Part shown: positions 1 to 9,933 of the stretch, in pieces
Layout: every line of letters starts with the position of its first letter
Numbering within the stretch: position 1 is the first letter of the stretch
NCBI GenBank assembly: GCA_963771495.1
Contig: CAVYTR010000002.1
Span: forward strand, 751,363-815,362
Source of the DNA: an uncultured Acidobacteriaceae bacterium
GTDB taxonomy: Bacteria > Acidobacteriota > Terriglobia > Bryobacterales > Bryobacteraceae
DNA: 64,000 nucleotides
Direction: 5' to 3'
Made by a program: the position numbers and the translations under genes
Notes under the pieces: generated by a model
Databases searched by the model: none
What the model saw: the letters and a program-made list of their open reading frames with translations, nothing else
Told to the model about the DNA's origin: nothing

Positions 1-2787
1 GCGATGACTTTCACACGGAAGGCCGCTGGCGAAATGAAAGAGCGTGTTATTGACGCACTGGCAGGCGCTACGGAAGACACTCGGCTGCTCGAAAGCTTCG
101 GACGGCGCACCCGGGAGCTGGCGCGTGCTGCTCTCGAGAACGATGGCGCTCACGACTGGGGCCTGCTCGAGGATCCCAGCCGCATGCAGATTCAGACCAT
201 CGACTCGCTCTGCGCCAGCCTGGTTCGCCAGATGCCGATTGTCTCAGAAGCGGGCGGGCTGGGCGCGGTGATCGAGGATGCTACTGAGCTGTACCGTCTG
301 GCGGCCAGGCGCATGCTCCAGACCCTGACGGAAAGCGGCGAGGGGAACCAAGCGTTATTTCGGCGAGTGGCGCTGCACTTCGATAACGATATTGCTCGCC
401 TGGAAAGCCAAGTGGCCGATATGCTCGCGAAACGCGATCAGTGGTTGTCGCGGCCTCTGTTTAAATCGTCTCCCCTGGTAGCCGATTTCACTGTCCTCCT
501 CCACCGCGCCGTCACGGAGTTGAAGGAAGTTTTTCGCCAGCACTCTGCTGTCGATTTCACCGAAGTCACACGAGCCGCTATTACTGCTCTTGGCGGGCCG
601 GAATCGCCGAGCGATCTCCTATACTCGCTCGATTACCGCATTGAGCATTTGCTAGTCGATGAATTTCAGGACACATCTCAAGCGCAGTACGAACTGCTTG
701 CTGGTTTAACAGCGCAATGGTCCGATGGAGATGGCCGCACGCTGTTCCTGGTGGGTGACCCGGTACAGAGCATTTACCGGTTCCGTGCTGCTGAGGTGGC
801 TCTTTTTCTGCGCGCTTGGCAGACGCAGCAACTCGGCTCCGTGCGCCTGCAACCGCTTGCGCTCAAAACGAACTTCCGGTCCACGCCCGAAATCATCAGC
901 TGGACGCAAACGCAGCTTGCTCCCGTGTTGTCGCAAGATGATCCAGAGCAAGGAGCTGTCAAACTGCGGCCGGCAGTGGCGGCGAGAAATGCCGGGGGAG
1001 CCCAGCCGAAACTGACAGCATTTCTCGACGACAAAGGTGCGGAGGAAGCCCGCGAGATCGTCCGTGTCATTCAGAAGTGTCCAAAGTCGGCCGGCATTGC
1101 GATTCTCGTCCGTAGCCGATCGCATATTGTGTCCATCTTGCCCGCTCTGCGCAGCGCCGGGATTTCATACGAAGCCGTCGAGATCGATGAACTGAAGGAT
1201 CAGCAGCATATCCTGGATTTGCTCTCGCTGACTCGAGCGCTGCTTCACCTGGCAGACCGCATCTCGTGGCTCGCTTGCTTGCGCGCTCCCTGGTGTGGTC
1301 TCACACTTAATGATCTTTCCGTACTTGCCGAGGACGAACCGCAGCGGACGGTCATCGATTTGCTTGCCGATCCGGACAAGATCGCTCGTCTTTCGTCTGA
1401 TGGACGGGCACGCGCCGTGCGCGCCGGTGAGATCTTAACCGATGCCGTCCGCGCAGTTAGCCGCATGCCGCTGCGCGACGTCGTTGAACAGACGTGGCTC
1501 GCTCTGGGCGGCCCTGTCATCCTGACGGAGGTCAATCATCGCGAGGATGCAAACACGTTTTTCGAGCAGCTCGAAGCTTTCGAACAGGGCGGTTCCATTC
1601 GCGATCTCAGTCTTCTGACCGATCGTCTGCAGCGGCTCTACGCGAAGCCCAGCGCTGGTGAAAACAGGGTGCGCGTAATGACCATCCACGAAGCAAAGGG
1701 GCTGGAGTTCGACACCGTCATCATTCCTAAATTGGGAAGCCCGCCCAAACGGGATGCCACTGAGCTCCTGATCTGGACGGAGATCACACATCCGGATGGC
1801 ACTGTTCAGCTCGATATCGCGGCTCAGCCACAAAAAGGCGAAGAAGATGTCGATTATCGCCGGGTTCGCGATGAGCTGAAAGAGAAGAACCGTCACGAGG
1901 CGAAGCGGCTTTTTTATGTCGCCTGCACGCGCGCCCGGAATCATCTTTTCCTGCTCGGATCGGTCAAACGAAAGCGCGGCGGCGGATGCTGTAAAGCCAC
2001 TGAGACCACCTTTCTCGGGATGATTTGGCCTAATGTCAAAGAAGAGTTCGAGAGTCTGGCCCGCCGAATACAACTCGTTCAGGCGAACCTCTTCAACATC
2101 GATCTAGCGAAACCAGGAACGTTGCTACGCCGTTTGCCCGCGAGCTGGCATGCGCCGTCGTTGGCGAATTCCGTTGCGTGGCAGCCCGGTTTGCGGCGAG
2201 CGACAGCCTCTGCCCGGCAAATTACTTACGAGTGGGTAAGCGGTACCGGCCGTCACGCCGGAACCATAGTTCACGAGATTCTCAAACGCGTGGCTCAACA
2301 AGGCACTGAAGAGTGGAGTTCGGCGCGGATCTCCGCGATGGGAGAAACCATTCGCTCGGAGTTGATGCGGCTCGGGGTGGCGGAATCCGATCTCGCCGCC
2401 GCCTCCCAGCGGGTTGCTGAAGCTGTAGACACTGCCTGCGGCAGCACGCGCGGGCGCTGGATTTTCGAGCGGCACAACGAAGCTCGTTCCGAATGGCCGG
2501 TAGCGGGCATCATCGGCGATCAACTGATCTCGGGAACTATCGATCGCATGTTTCGGGACGAAGATGGCAAATTGTGGATCATCGATTTCAAAACCAGCGA
2601 ACATGAAGGCGCCAATCTCGAGCGATTCTTAAGAGAAGAGAGCCGCCGTTATCGTGAGCAACTGGAAAGCTACGCTACGCTGGTCAGCCGTTTCAACGAA
2701 GGGCCCATTTGGCTCGGGCTGTATTTCCCTCTGCTTGATGCATGGACCGAATGGCAGTTTGTCGAAGCGTACGTTACTGCTCACTAG
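1..2787 (+). CDS. UvrD/AddA-type ATP-dependent helicase with C-terminal PD-(D/E)XK (RecB-like) nuclease domain; 5' end cut by the window edge
   Basis: The frame is open from nt 1. Helicase-type motifs: TFTRKAAGEMKER, LLVDEFQDTS, VGDPVQSIYRFRAA, VMTIHEAKGLEFD, YVACTRAR. C-terminal nuclease-type motif: GTIDRMF...WIIDFKTS. Confidence 0.85.
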   Translation, partial: AMTFTRKAAGEMKERVIDALAGATEDTRLLESFGRRTRELARAALENDGAHDWGLLEDPSRMQIQTIDSLCASLVRQMPIVSEAGGLGAVIEDATELYRLAARRMLQTLTESGEGNQALFRRVALHFDNDIARLESQVADMLAKRDQWLSRPLFKSSPLVADFTVLLHRAVTELKEVFRQHSAVDFTEVTRAAITALGGPESPSDLLYSLDYRIEHLLVDEFQDTSQAQYELLAGLTAQWSDGDGRTLFLVGDPVQSIYRFRAAEVALFLRAWQTQQLGSVRLQPLALKTNFRSTPEIISWTQTQLAPVLSQDDPEQGAVKLRPAVAARNAGGAQPKLTAFLDDKGAEEAREIVRVIQKCPKSAGIAILVRSRSHIVSILPALRSAGISYEAVEIDELKDQQHILDLLSLTRALLHLADRISWLACLRAPWCGLTLNDLSVLAEDEPQRTVIDLLADPDKIARLSSDGRARAVRAGEILTDAVRAVSRMPLRDVVEQTWLALGGPVILTEVNHREDANTFFEQLEAFEQGGSIRDLSLLTDRLQRLYAKPSAGENRVRVMTIHEAKGLEFDTVIIPKLGSPPKRDATELLIWTEITHPDGTVQLDIAAQPQKGEEDVDYRRVRDELKEKNRHEAKRLFYVACTRARNHLFLLGSVKRKRGGGCCKATETTFLGMIWPNVKEEFESLARRIQLVQANLFNIDLAKPGTLLRRLPASWHAPSLANSVAWQPGLRRATASARQITYEWVSGTGRHAGTIVHEILKRVAQQGTEEWSSARISAMGETIRSELMRLGVAESDLAAASQRVAEAVDTACGSTRGRWIFERHNEARSEWPVAGIIGDQLISGTIDRMFRDEDGKLWIIDFKTSEHEGANLERFLREESRRYREQLESYATLVSRFNEGPIWLGLYFPLLDAWTEWQFVEAYVTAH

Positions 2788-2795
2788 ACTGGTGA

Positions 2796-3530
2796 GTGAT
2801 GCCGGCGAAACTGACCGCTCATTTGAATCCGCTGATCATCGCCCTGGACGTCGACAGTATCGCCGAAGCAGAAAAACTGATCGGGCTCATCGGACCTGCT
2901 GCCGGCTTCTACAAAATCGGCATGGAGCTGTATGCCGTCGCAGGTATGGACTTCGTTCGTCAGGTCCATGCTCACGGGAAGCAGGTTTTTCTCGATCTCA
3001 AACTCTATGACATCGGTGAAACCGTGAAGCGCGCTACTGGTCGCATTTGTGAATCTGGCGCGGTGCAATTCCTAACCGTTCACGGCAGCACGGCGGTGAT
3101 GAAGGCGGCAGCGGAAGGCCGGGGAAGCGCGCCGACAAAACTGCTTGCCGTCACCGTGCTCACCAGCTTTGACGAACAGGATCTTCTTGATCTCGGCTAC
3201 CCCGTGGCAGTTTCTCAGCTGGTTGAACTGCGCGTCCGAAAAGCGGTTGAAAGCGGGATGAACGGCATCGTTTGCTCGCCGCTCGAAGTACGCCGAGTGC
3301 GGGAGATTGCCGGGCCTTCCTTGAAGCTGGTGACTCCGGGAGTTCGCTCTTCTGGTTCTTCCGCCGGCGACCAGAAACGCGTCGCCACTCCAAAAGAAGC
3401 GATTGAAAATGGCGCCGATTACCTGGTGATCGGACGTCAGGTTACTCGCGCGGACGATCCTCGCGCGGCGTGCGAATCGATTCTCGCCGAAATTCAAGAA
3501 AGCGGGACGCATGAGGAGCGTCCCGCCTGA
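2796..3530 (+). CDS. pyrF: Orotidine 5'-phosphate decarboxylase
   Basis: LIIALDV...YKIGMELY...FLDLKLYDIGETV...LVIGRQV, the typical PyrF motifs, and a typical length (244 aa). Confidence 0.9.
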   Translation: MMPAKLTAHLNPLIIALDVDSIAEAEKLIGLIGPAAGFYKIGMELYAVAGMDFVRQVHAHGKQVFLDLKLYDIGETVKRATGRICESGAVQFLTVHGSTAVMKAAAEGRGSAPTKLLAVTVLTSFDEQDLLDLGYPVAVSQLVELRVRKAVESGMNGIVCSPLEVRRVREIAGPSLKLVTPGVRSSGSSAGDQKRVATPKEAIENGADYLVIGRQVTRADDPRAACESILAEIQESGTHEERPA

Positions 3531-3533
3531 TCA

Positions 3534-5060
3534 CTACTTTACCAGCGCGAGAATAGCCTGCCCGTTCGGGGTGCCAAGACCCGTGCAAGCGTCCCAACCC
3601 GCGGTCGCTTGGTAGTCTCCGTTGGTGCCCGAAACAATATCGTGCAGAGTCTTATGCTGAGCAAACGTGCTGTAGAGCTGCGGATGAAACCAGCCCAGGT
3701 TCTTGCCAGCCTGCTCATTCACTAGCGCGATCAGACCAGCCCAGAGCGGAGCCACCGCGCTTGTTCCGCCCACGATGCTCTGTTCGCCATCAAGTAGCAC
3801 CTGGAAACCCGTTTCCGGGTCCGCCACGCCTGCCACGTCAGGCACGCCGCGCCCGGTCAGCTTGCGTGTCCCGTTTACGGAAGTCACGCTTAAGTTCGCC
3901 TGGTAAGCCGGCGTCGAAAAGTGAGTGCTCACGCCGCCTCCCGTTGCACCGCCGTTGTCGCCGTCGTTCCACACGGTTTCCGACTGGATTTTTCCTCCAC
4001 TCGCGACGAGATTGGTTCCGCCGCATGCGAGCACCCAAGGACTCGAAGCAGGAAAGTCGACGTGATCCGCACCGTCGTCCACGCCATCGGAAGATCCGTT
4101 GTCACCCGCCGCCGCGCAAACAGTAATGCCGAGCAGAGCCGCATCATGAAAGGCCGCGTTGAATGCGTTCAGTGCTTGTGGTGTCCACGCGCTCTCCGCG
4201 GATCCCCAACTGATCGAAATCACGGAAGGTTTGCGAACCTTGTCATGAATCGCCGCATTAATCGCATCCAGGAAACCTTGATCCGTGTTCGGGGCGAAGT
4301 AGACCGCGATCTTTGCACCCGGCGCTACTCCACCGGCCACCTGGATGTCGAGCACTACCTCGCCATCGGGGCCGTTCGCATCGCCGGTCGGCCGGTTTTG
4401 CGCTCCGTCCACAGAGACGGCAGTGGTTGCGACCGGTCCGACGCCCAGTTCCTTCCAGTACTTGGTCAGGTCTGAGTTGCGAAATCCGCCACCCAGCTCG
4501 ATCAGAGCGATGGTTTGATTTTTCCCGGTGTTTGCCGGGAAGTTATAAGCCTGTGCCACTTGGCGCGGCGTGTACGACTGCGATTGCGCCGACGCTGCGC
4601 GAGTTTTGTGATATGTACTCGCGGCCGGCCGTTCATCAAACCCCAGAACGGCAACTACACGGTTCGCCAACGTTTTGGGTATCAGCAGGTCTCCCTGGCG
4701 GCTCCTGAGAAGCTGCCCGTTAACCCTTCGAAGTTCCACGTCTGCTCCAAACGCGGCAGCCATGGCGCTGAACGGGCCGCTCAGCGTGACGGACCGCGAT
4801 CCGGCATCCGCCTTCACTACGGAGAAGCCATTCTCAAAAGCAAACTGCTCTACCGCTTCGATATCGGTGAGCTCGGCTCCATGCAGGCCGGCCAGTTGGT
4901 CATGTGAAAAGTGTGAGTCTGCGGGCGGCTCGGCAGCTTCCGCCTTGCGCCGCAGCACGATTGTAATTTGAATGGGTGTATCAGAATCGGGCTTGCCGGC
5001 CGGCACTGAATTCAGCGAGTGCTCGCGGCGGCTGCCCCGTAAAATGGTATGAGAAGACAT
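3534..5060 (-). CDS. S53 (sedolisin/kumamolisin-like) serine peptidase with N-terminal pro-domain
   Basis: Pro-kumamolisin-like N-terminus, then ISISWG...AAAGDNGS...GGTSAVAPLWAGL (serine-carboxyl peptidase signature). Confidence 0.85.
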   Translation of the reverse strand: MSSHTILRGSRREHSLNSVPAGKPDSDTPIQITIVLRRKAEAAEPPADSHFSHDQLAGLHGAELTDIEAVEQFAFENGFSVVKADAGSRSVTLSGPFSAMAAAFGADVELRRVNGQLLRSRQGDLLIPKTLANRVVAVLGFDERPAASTYHKTRAASAQSQSYTPRQVAQAYNFPANTGKNQTIALIELGGGFRNSDLTKYWKELGVGPVATTAVSVDGAQNRPTGDANGPDGEVVLDIQVAGGVAPGAKIAVYFAPNTDQGFLDAINAAIHDKVRKPSVISISWGSAESAWTPQALNAFNAAFHDAALLGITVCAAAGDNGSSDGVDDGADHVDFPASSPWVLACGGTNLVASGGKIQSETVWNDGDNGGATGGGVSTHFSTPAYQANLSVTSVNGTRKLTGRGVPDVAGVADPETGFQVLLDGEQSIVGGTSAVAPLWAGLIALVNEQAGKNLGWFHPQLYSTFAQHKTLHDIVSGTNGDYQATAGWDACTGLGTPNGQAILALVK

Positions 5061-5247
5061 TGAGTTCTTGCCCCCGCCAAGATGCTAGTGACAAGAATCA
5101 GTGGATTGCGTGAAGCGAGTTGTAGTCCGGGCCTTCAAATGTCTGAAGAGATTGGACAAACAGCCGTTTCCCGCGACGCCGGAATCATTGTGAACCGTTT
5201 TCGCGGCTAGCGATACCTACACACGACACCATCGATCTGGAGTTTTA

Positions 5248-6975
5248 GTGAGTGCCTTACATCTGATCTCGAAACGCGCCACTTGGATTTTGTTAACGGT
5301 GATTGCTCTCGCGGGCGCCAATCCTGACGCTGCGTCTGCGCAGGTGCTGAGTAGTCTGTTATCCGGTGGGCAATCGAAAACCGCCGCAACTGCCGTCGCT
5401 CCGGAGGACCCGCTGAAGCGTACTTCACCGCGCAGCGCCATCTATGCGTTTCTGCAGGCTGCACGTGCGGGAAATCTCAGTTTGGCCGCAGAATACCTCG
5501 ATTTGCGACGAATCCCCGCCAGCCAGCGGGAGACCCGAGGACCCGAACTGGCTCGTGAACTTGCTGAGCTGCTCAACGGCAATTCTCAGTTCGAGGTGGG
5601 CAAATTGAGCAATGATCCGTCCGGCAACTTGACCGACGGGCTGCCGGCGTTTACAGATAAACTCGCGTCCTTCGACTTGAATGGCCAAACCATCACTCTT
5701 GAAATGGACCGCGTCTCGAGGGAGGAGTTGAACATCTGGCTGGTCACCTCTGAAAGCGTGGCTCGAATACCTCAGTTGGTCGCGCTTGTCGGAGAGTCGC
5801 CCATGGAGAAGAAGCTGCCGGCTCCACTCGTGACAACTAAGCTGATCGGAACGCCGCTGTACGTCTGGCTCGCGTTGGTACTGGCGGCGCTGATATTGTC
5901 TGCCGCCTCGAGACTCTTGATGAGAGTGCTGCTGCGGATTATCAGGCCGGTATTCGCGCGCTTTTCGACTGTTCTGCACGAGCATCGGCTGGAGGCGATC
6001 GCAGAGCCCATCCGCCTGCTGCTCTCGATCATGTTGTTCCGGGCTTTCCTTGAACTGCTGCCGACTTCCGCCCTATTCCGTGATCTTCTGCTGAAGCTTC
6101 TTACATTGCTATTCGCGTTGGGAGTTGCATCTCTGCTGATGCGAATCGTCGATGTCATCTCCGACACAATCATCTCGCGTCTGAGCGCTACGGAACGCGT
6201 TCTGTCCTCTTCTGCCATTCCACTTTTCGTGCGGTTCGTGAAGATTTGCATCTTCTGCATCGGCGTGCTCTTCGTGTTGAGTGAGTGGGGCTATAACACG
6301 AATGCGATTCTCGCCGGTGTTGGTGTCGGTGGTTTAGCAGTCGCTCTTGCTGCTCAGAAAACAATCGAGAATCTGTTTGGCGGAATTTCCGTCATCAGTG
6401 ATCGCCCTGTACTTGTCGGCGACTTCTGTCAGTTTGGCGGACAGGTCGGAACTGTCGAAGACATCGGTCTCCGTTCCACACGCATCCGCACTTTAGATCG
6501 AACCGTCGTCACCATCCCTAATTCTGTGTTTTCGACCATGACGCTCGAGAACTTTTCCAAGCGCGACCGCATGTGGTTTCATCCCACGCTCTCGTTGCGT
6601 CGCGATACGACCCCCGACCAGATCCGCGCCATGATGGAAGCGCTTAAGAGGCTGCTGACGGATCATCCGAAGGTCAGCATCGGCGGCTATCCGCTTCGCT
6701 TCACGAAGATCAACAATGATTCGTACACTCTCGAGATCTTCGCTTATGTCGAGACGCCGGATTTTGACGAGTACCTCCGGACTCAATCCGAATTGCTTCT
6801 TAGCATTCTGGAGACTGCAAATTCATTGGGAGTAGGTTTCACGGTACCTTTCCAGGAGAACTTCACGTTTTCGCAAGATCCATGGTTGCCCGGCGCAGGT
6901 CCAGCCGTGTTGTCCCAGCACGTAGGGGGATCAGACGGTTCGGACCATGCCCCGGTGCACGAATTACGCCGATAG
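5248..6975 (+). CDS. Mechanosensitive ion channel (MscS family) protein with signal/periplasmic N-terminal region
   Basis: Multiple TM helices followed by NLFGGISVISDRPVLVGDFCQFGGQVGTVEDIGLRSTRIRTLDRTVVTIPNS (MscS beta-domain signature). Confidence 0.85.
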   Translation: MSALHLISKRATWILLTVIALAGANPDAASAQVLSSLLSGGQSKTAATAVAPEDPLKRTSPRSAIYAFLQAARAGNLSLAAEYLDLRRIPASQRETRGPELARELAELLNGNSQFEVGKLSNDPSGNLTDGLPAFTDKLASFDLNGQTITLEMDRVSREELNIWLVTSESVARIPQLVALVGESPMEKKLPAPLVTTKLIGTPLYVWLALVLAALILSAASRLLMRVLLRIIRPVFARFSTVLHEHRLEAIAEPIRLLLSIMLFRAFLELLPTSALFRDLLLKLLTLLFALGVASLLMRIVDVISDTIISRLSATERVLSSSAIPLFVRFVKICIFCIGVLFVLSEWGYNTNAILAGVGVGGLAVALAAQKTIENLFGGISVISDRPVLVGDFCQFGGQVGTVEDIGLRSTRIRTLDRTVVTIPNSVFSTMTLENFSKRDRMWFHPTLSLRRDTTPDQIRAMMEALKRLLTDHPKVSIGGYPLRFTKINNDSYTLEIFAYVETPDFDEYLRTQSELLLSILETANSLGVGFTVPFQENFTFSQDPWLPGAGPAVLSQHVGGSDGSDHAPVHELRR

Positions 6976-7203
6976 AGAGCGTGTCATCTTGATCCGATAA
7001 ATTGCACCGTTTCTTGTTTGCTATTTTGCACCTTTACGTTAACGACTGTTTGTAGCCGCCGTAAAGTGCCCAACCAATAGCACTTGTGAAAGCATCATGT
7101 CATGCAGCAGGAGCAGGATAACGGTCTCGCCCTCACGGGTTAATGCGCCGGATGACCGCAAGGGTCAGGAGGCGCTGACCCGGGCATTTTATCAGGCACT
7201 TGA

Positions 7204-7671
7204 GATCAGCAGTATAAAATAAACTGCCTGCCGAAGCCTCCGACCTCGCTCGTTATCGTTGATGAAGCCGATCGGTTGAAGATGGCAAGTCTGGAACAGG
7301 TGAGGGACGAGTTCGACCGTTCCGAAGTCGGTATTATACTCATCGGCATGCCGGGAATTGAGAAGCGGCTGGCGCGGTATCCACAGCTATATTCGCGCGT
7401 GGGGTTCGTACATGAGTTCCGACCGCTTACGAAAGTACAGATTTACAAGGTGCTGCAAACATCCTGGCGACCCGAGGGAGTCCATCTACCGATGGAGACG
7501 TTCGATGACGAAAGTCTGGTCGCCATCGTGCGCATCACCGGCGGCAACTTCCGCCTGCTGAACCGGCTGCTTTCGCAAATCGGCCGCATCCTCGAAATCA
7601 ACGCCCTTGCCAGCTTCACCGCGCCCGTCGTCGATGCCGCGCGGGAGAGTCTGGTCATTGGCATGGCATAA
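7204..7671 (+). pseudogene. 5'-truncated TniB/MuB-like AAA+ transposition ATPase remnant
   Basis: The in-frame stretch from 7204 reads ...SLVIVDEADRLKMASLEQVRDEF...IILIGMPGIEKRLARYPQLYSRVGFVHEF, which is a Walker B motif plus the downstream core. No Walker A region precedes it. A possible upstream piece (...DRKGQEALTRAFYQALEIS, ~7100-7220) lies in another frame. Confidence 0.6.
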
Positions 7672-7684
7672 TAAACGACCGCTG

Positions 7685-7721
7685 TGCGCCAATTAAAATT
7701 TATGCACACAAGGAAAGGCGG
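7685..7721. repeat. res-like repeat copy 1 (TGCGCC-AATTA-N-ATTTATGCACA-N-AAGGCGG)
   Basis: Hand alignment with 8589-8630 shows shared blocks TGCGC / AATTA / ATTTATGCACA / AAGG-C-GG in the same orientation. Confidence 0.5.
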
Positions 7722-7772
7722 CATCATCGCGTTTGCAAGAGCGAGAGCCGTTTTGTATCACGTTATCCTTCT

Positions 7773-8540
7773 TTAACGGTTCGCTTGCAGCCTCCGCCGC
7801 AGTGCAAACAGCACCACTGCCGGAGTGACCAAGAGAAGAGCAGTACCCGGCTCCGGCGTTCCTGACACAGGGACGTTATCCGACACCGTGACGTTGAAAG
7901 ACCCAGTGTTATTGAAACTGTTGCCGACCGTATCCGCCGTTCCTAGAAAGAGGCGCGTTGCTCCGGCAGGAGTTGTGAACTGTTGTGAACTCCCGCTGCC
8001 TGTTCCTGTCAACCCGTCGCCGATAAAAAATACCTGCTGCAACAACGGGGATATTATGCCCGCACTCTGTGCGGCGGCAGTCGAAAAATCCAGCGTTGCT
8101 GGGGAGGAACCACTGGGAAGTCCGCTGCCGATAAAGACCCCAATGAGCGCTTCGCCTGGCCCGCCATAGCCACTGAGGCTATTCGCTGGTATTGTGCCAG
8201 CGCTTCCCGTGCCGTCCGGTGATGTCGCAGTCTGACCCCCTCCAGTATTTGTGGTGCCCGTCGCTGAAAAGGACAGAACCCCTCCGGCTGTGAGTGTTAG
8301 ACTGCTGGAAGCCAAAACCGGGCTGTTCGTCGGGGCGATGTCGTTCCCCAGAGTCGCCCCGTTCGGCTGCCCGGCTAACCACACATCAGCTATGCCAGGT
8401 ACCGTTATAGTGATGGTCGCAGCCCAACTTGGAAGAGCAAGAACGGCGAGCGCAGCAGCAGTCTTCCCCAAAAATCCTGACAGAAGTTTATACGTTTTAT
8501 CCTGACTAGTATTTCGTCGACGGCTAGGCGTTCGTGTCAT
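7773..8540 (-). CDS. PEP-CTERM sorting domain-containing secreted protein
   Basis: N-terminal signal peptide (AALAVLALPSWA). C-terminal motif TPEPGTALLLVTPAVVLFALRRR = PEP motif + TM helix + Arg cluster. Confidence 0.85.
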   Translation of the reverse strand: MTRTPSRRRNTSQDKTYKLLSGFLGKTAAALAVLALPSWAATITITVPGIADVWLAGQPNGATLGNDIAPTNSPVLASSSLTLTAGGVLSFSATGTTNTGGGQTATSPDGTGSAGTIPANSLSGYGGPGEALIGVFIGSGLPSGSSPATLDFSTAAAQSAGIISPLLQQVFFIGDGLTGTGSGSSQQFTTPAGATRLFLGTADTVGNSFNNTGSFNVTVSDNVPVSGTPEPGTALLLVTPAVVLFALRRRLQANR

Positions 8541-8588
8541 TTTTAGACTCTAACAGAAATAAGGCCGGGAGCGCCCACTTGCCGGTCC

Positions 8589-8657
8589 TGCGCACAAATT
8601 ATGATTTATGCACAAAAATGCAAGGGCCGGTTTTATTGGGCTTGCGTTGTGCATAAT
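8589..8657. promoter_or_regulatory. Candidate res/operator region upstream of the resolvase gene
   Basis: It contains repeat copy 2 (8589-8630). ATTTATGCACAA (8604-8615) is opposed by the inverted TTGTGCATAAT (8647-8657). The region lies 30 bp upstream of the resolvase ATG. Confidence 0.45.
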
Positions 8658-8686
8658 GGTCGTGATAAACAGCAGAGGAAAACCGC

Positions 8687-9177
8687 ATGAAATACGGCTA
8701 TGCGCGGGTATCCACAGACGGCCAGAGCGTTACGGCGCAGGTGGAGCAGCTGACCCACGCCGGAGCTGGGAAAGTTTTCAGGGAGAAGGTCAGCGGAGCC
8801 GTGACTCGCCGGCAGCAGCTCGCACGGGCGCTCGATGCCCTTGGTGAAGGCGACGTGCTGCTAGTCACGCGGCTTGACCGCCTGGCCCGCAGCACTCGCG
8901 ACCTGTTAAATACGCTGGCCCTCATTGCGGCGAAAAAAGCCGGTTTCCGCTCCCTGGGTGATAGCTGGGCAGACACAACAACCGCCCACGGCCGCCTGAT
9001 GCTGACCATCCTGGCAGGGCTGGCCGAGTTCGAGCGCGAGCTGATACACACCCGCACCGGCGAAGGCCGCGCCAGGGCGAAGCAAGAGGCGTGAAGCTGG
9101 GGCGCAAATTCAAGCTGACGCGGGACCAGCAACAGCGTACAATCAGGCTACTGCTAACCAGCATGTTAGGTCGTTAA
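8687..9177 (+). pseudogene. Small serine recombinase (resolvase/invertase family), frameshifted and lacking a recognisable HTH tail
   Basis: MKYGYARVSTDGQ...LLVTRLDRLARSTRDL...GRLMLTILAGLAEFERELIHTRTGEGRARAK, then a stop at 9094. The expected continuation GVKLGRKFKLTRDQQQ is in the +1 frame and ends at 9177. Confidence 0.8.
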
Positions 9178-9178
9178 C

Positions 9179-9933
9179 ATGCCGGACCGGGTGCAGGTCG
9201 ATGCGCTTCTCATCGCTGTAGGCTTCAATGGCGGCCGGGTCGCCAGTATTAACGAACTGACAGGAGCCGTTCAAATTATCGGTTTTACGTCTCTCAACGC
9301 CGGCGTGGTCGCCTCTTTAGCACGCGACCCGGGTGGTGTCGCGACACTCCTCACCTTGGACCCCGACACGGGCCTCACCACCCCGATTGCGCCCTTATCG
9401 GAAAACTTGAACATCCAAGCACTGGCCATCCCGCCCACCGGTGGTCTCCTCTATGCCACGAGCAACTCGGATGTACGCTCTACACAATCGACCCGCGTAC
9501 CGGCCAAGTCACCCCGGTTGGCTCCATGGGCGTAGGGTTCGGCTACACTTATGGCCTCGCTTTTGCTCCGGATGGTACGCTCTACGGTTACAGCAATATC
9601 GGCGGTGAACTGGGCCATGGCGGCCCGGGCTTTTTCCGCGTGGACCCGGCCACGGCAGCAACCACTGTGCTGACACCAAGCGGAGTGAATCCTTTGCTCT
9701 TCATTGAGGACATCGCCTTTGCCCCCGATGGCACTTTATGGGCAGGCGGAGGCAGTGCATTCGAACCGCTCAACCTTCAGACAGGCTTGCCCGCAGGTCC
9801 GGGGTTCACAGCGCCTTACCAGATTTACGGCATGGCTTTCTTGCCCGCTGCAACCGTGCCGGAGCCTTCGTCGTTCCTGCTGCTCGGCGCAGGACTGGCC
9901 ACTCTCGCGCTTATGCGCCGCCGTCGAGCGTAA
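9179..9933 (+). pseudogene. PEP-CTERM protein gene, N-terminally truncated with an internal frameshift
   Basis: Two ORFs (9179..9535 and 9526..9933) join by a frame change near 9465-9480 (...LLYATSNSD / LYTIDPRTGQVTPVGSMGVGFG...). The C-terminus VPEPSSFLLLGAGLATLALMRRRRA is a PEP-CTERM signal. There is no signal peptide at the N-terminus. Confidence 0.7.
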
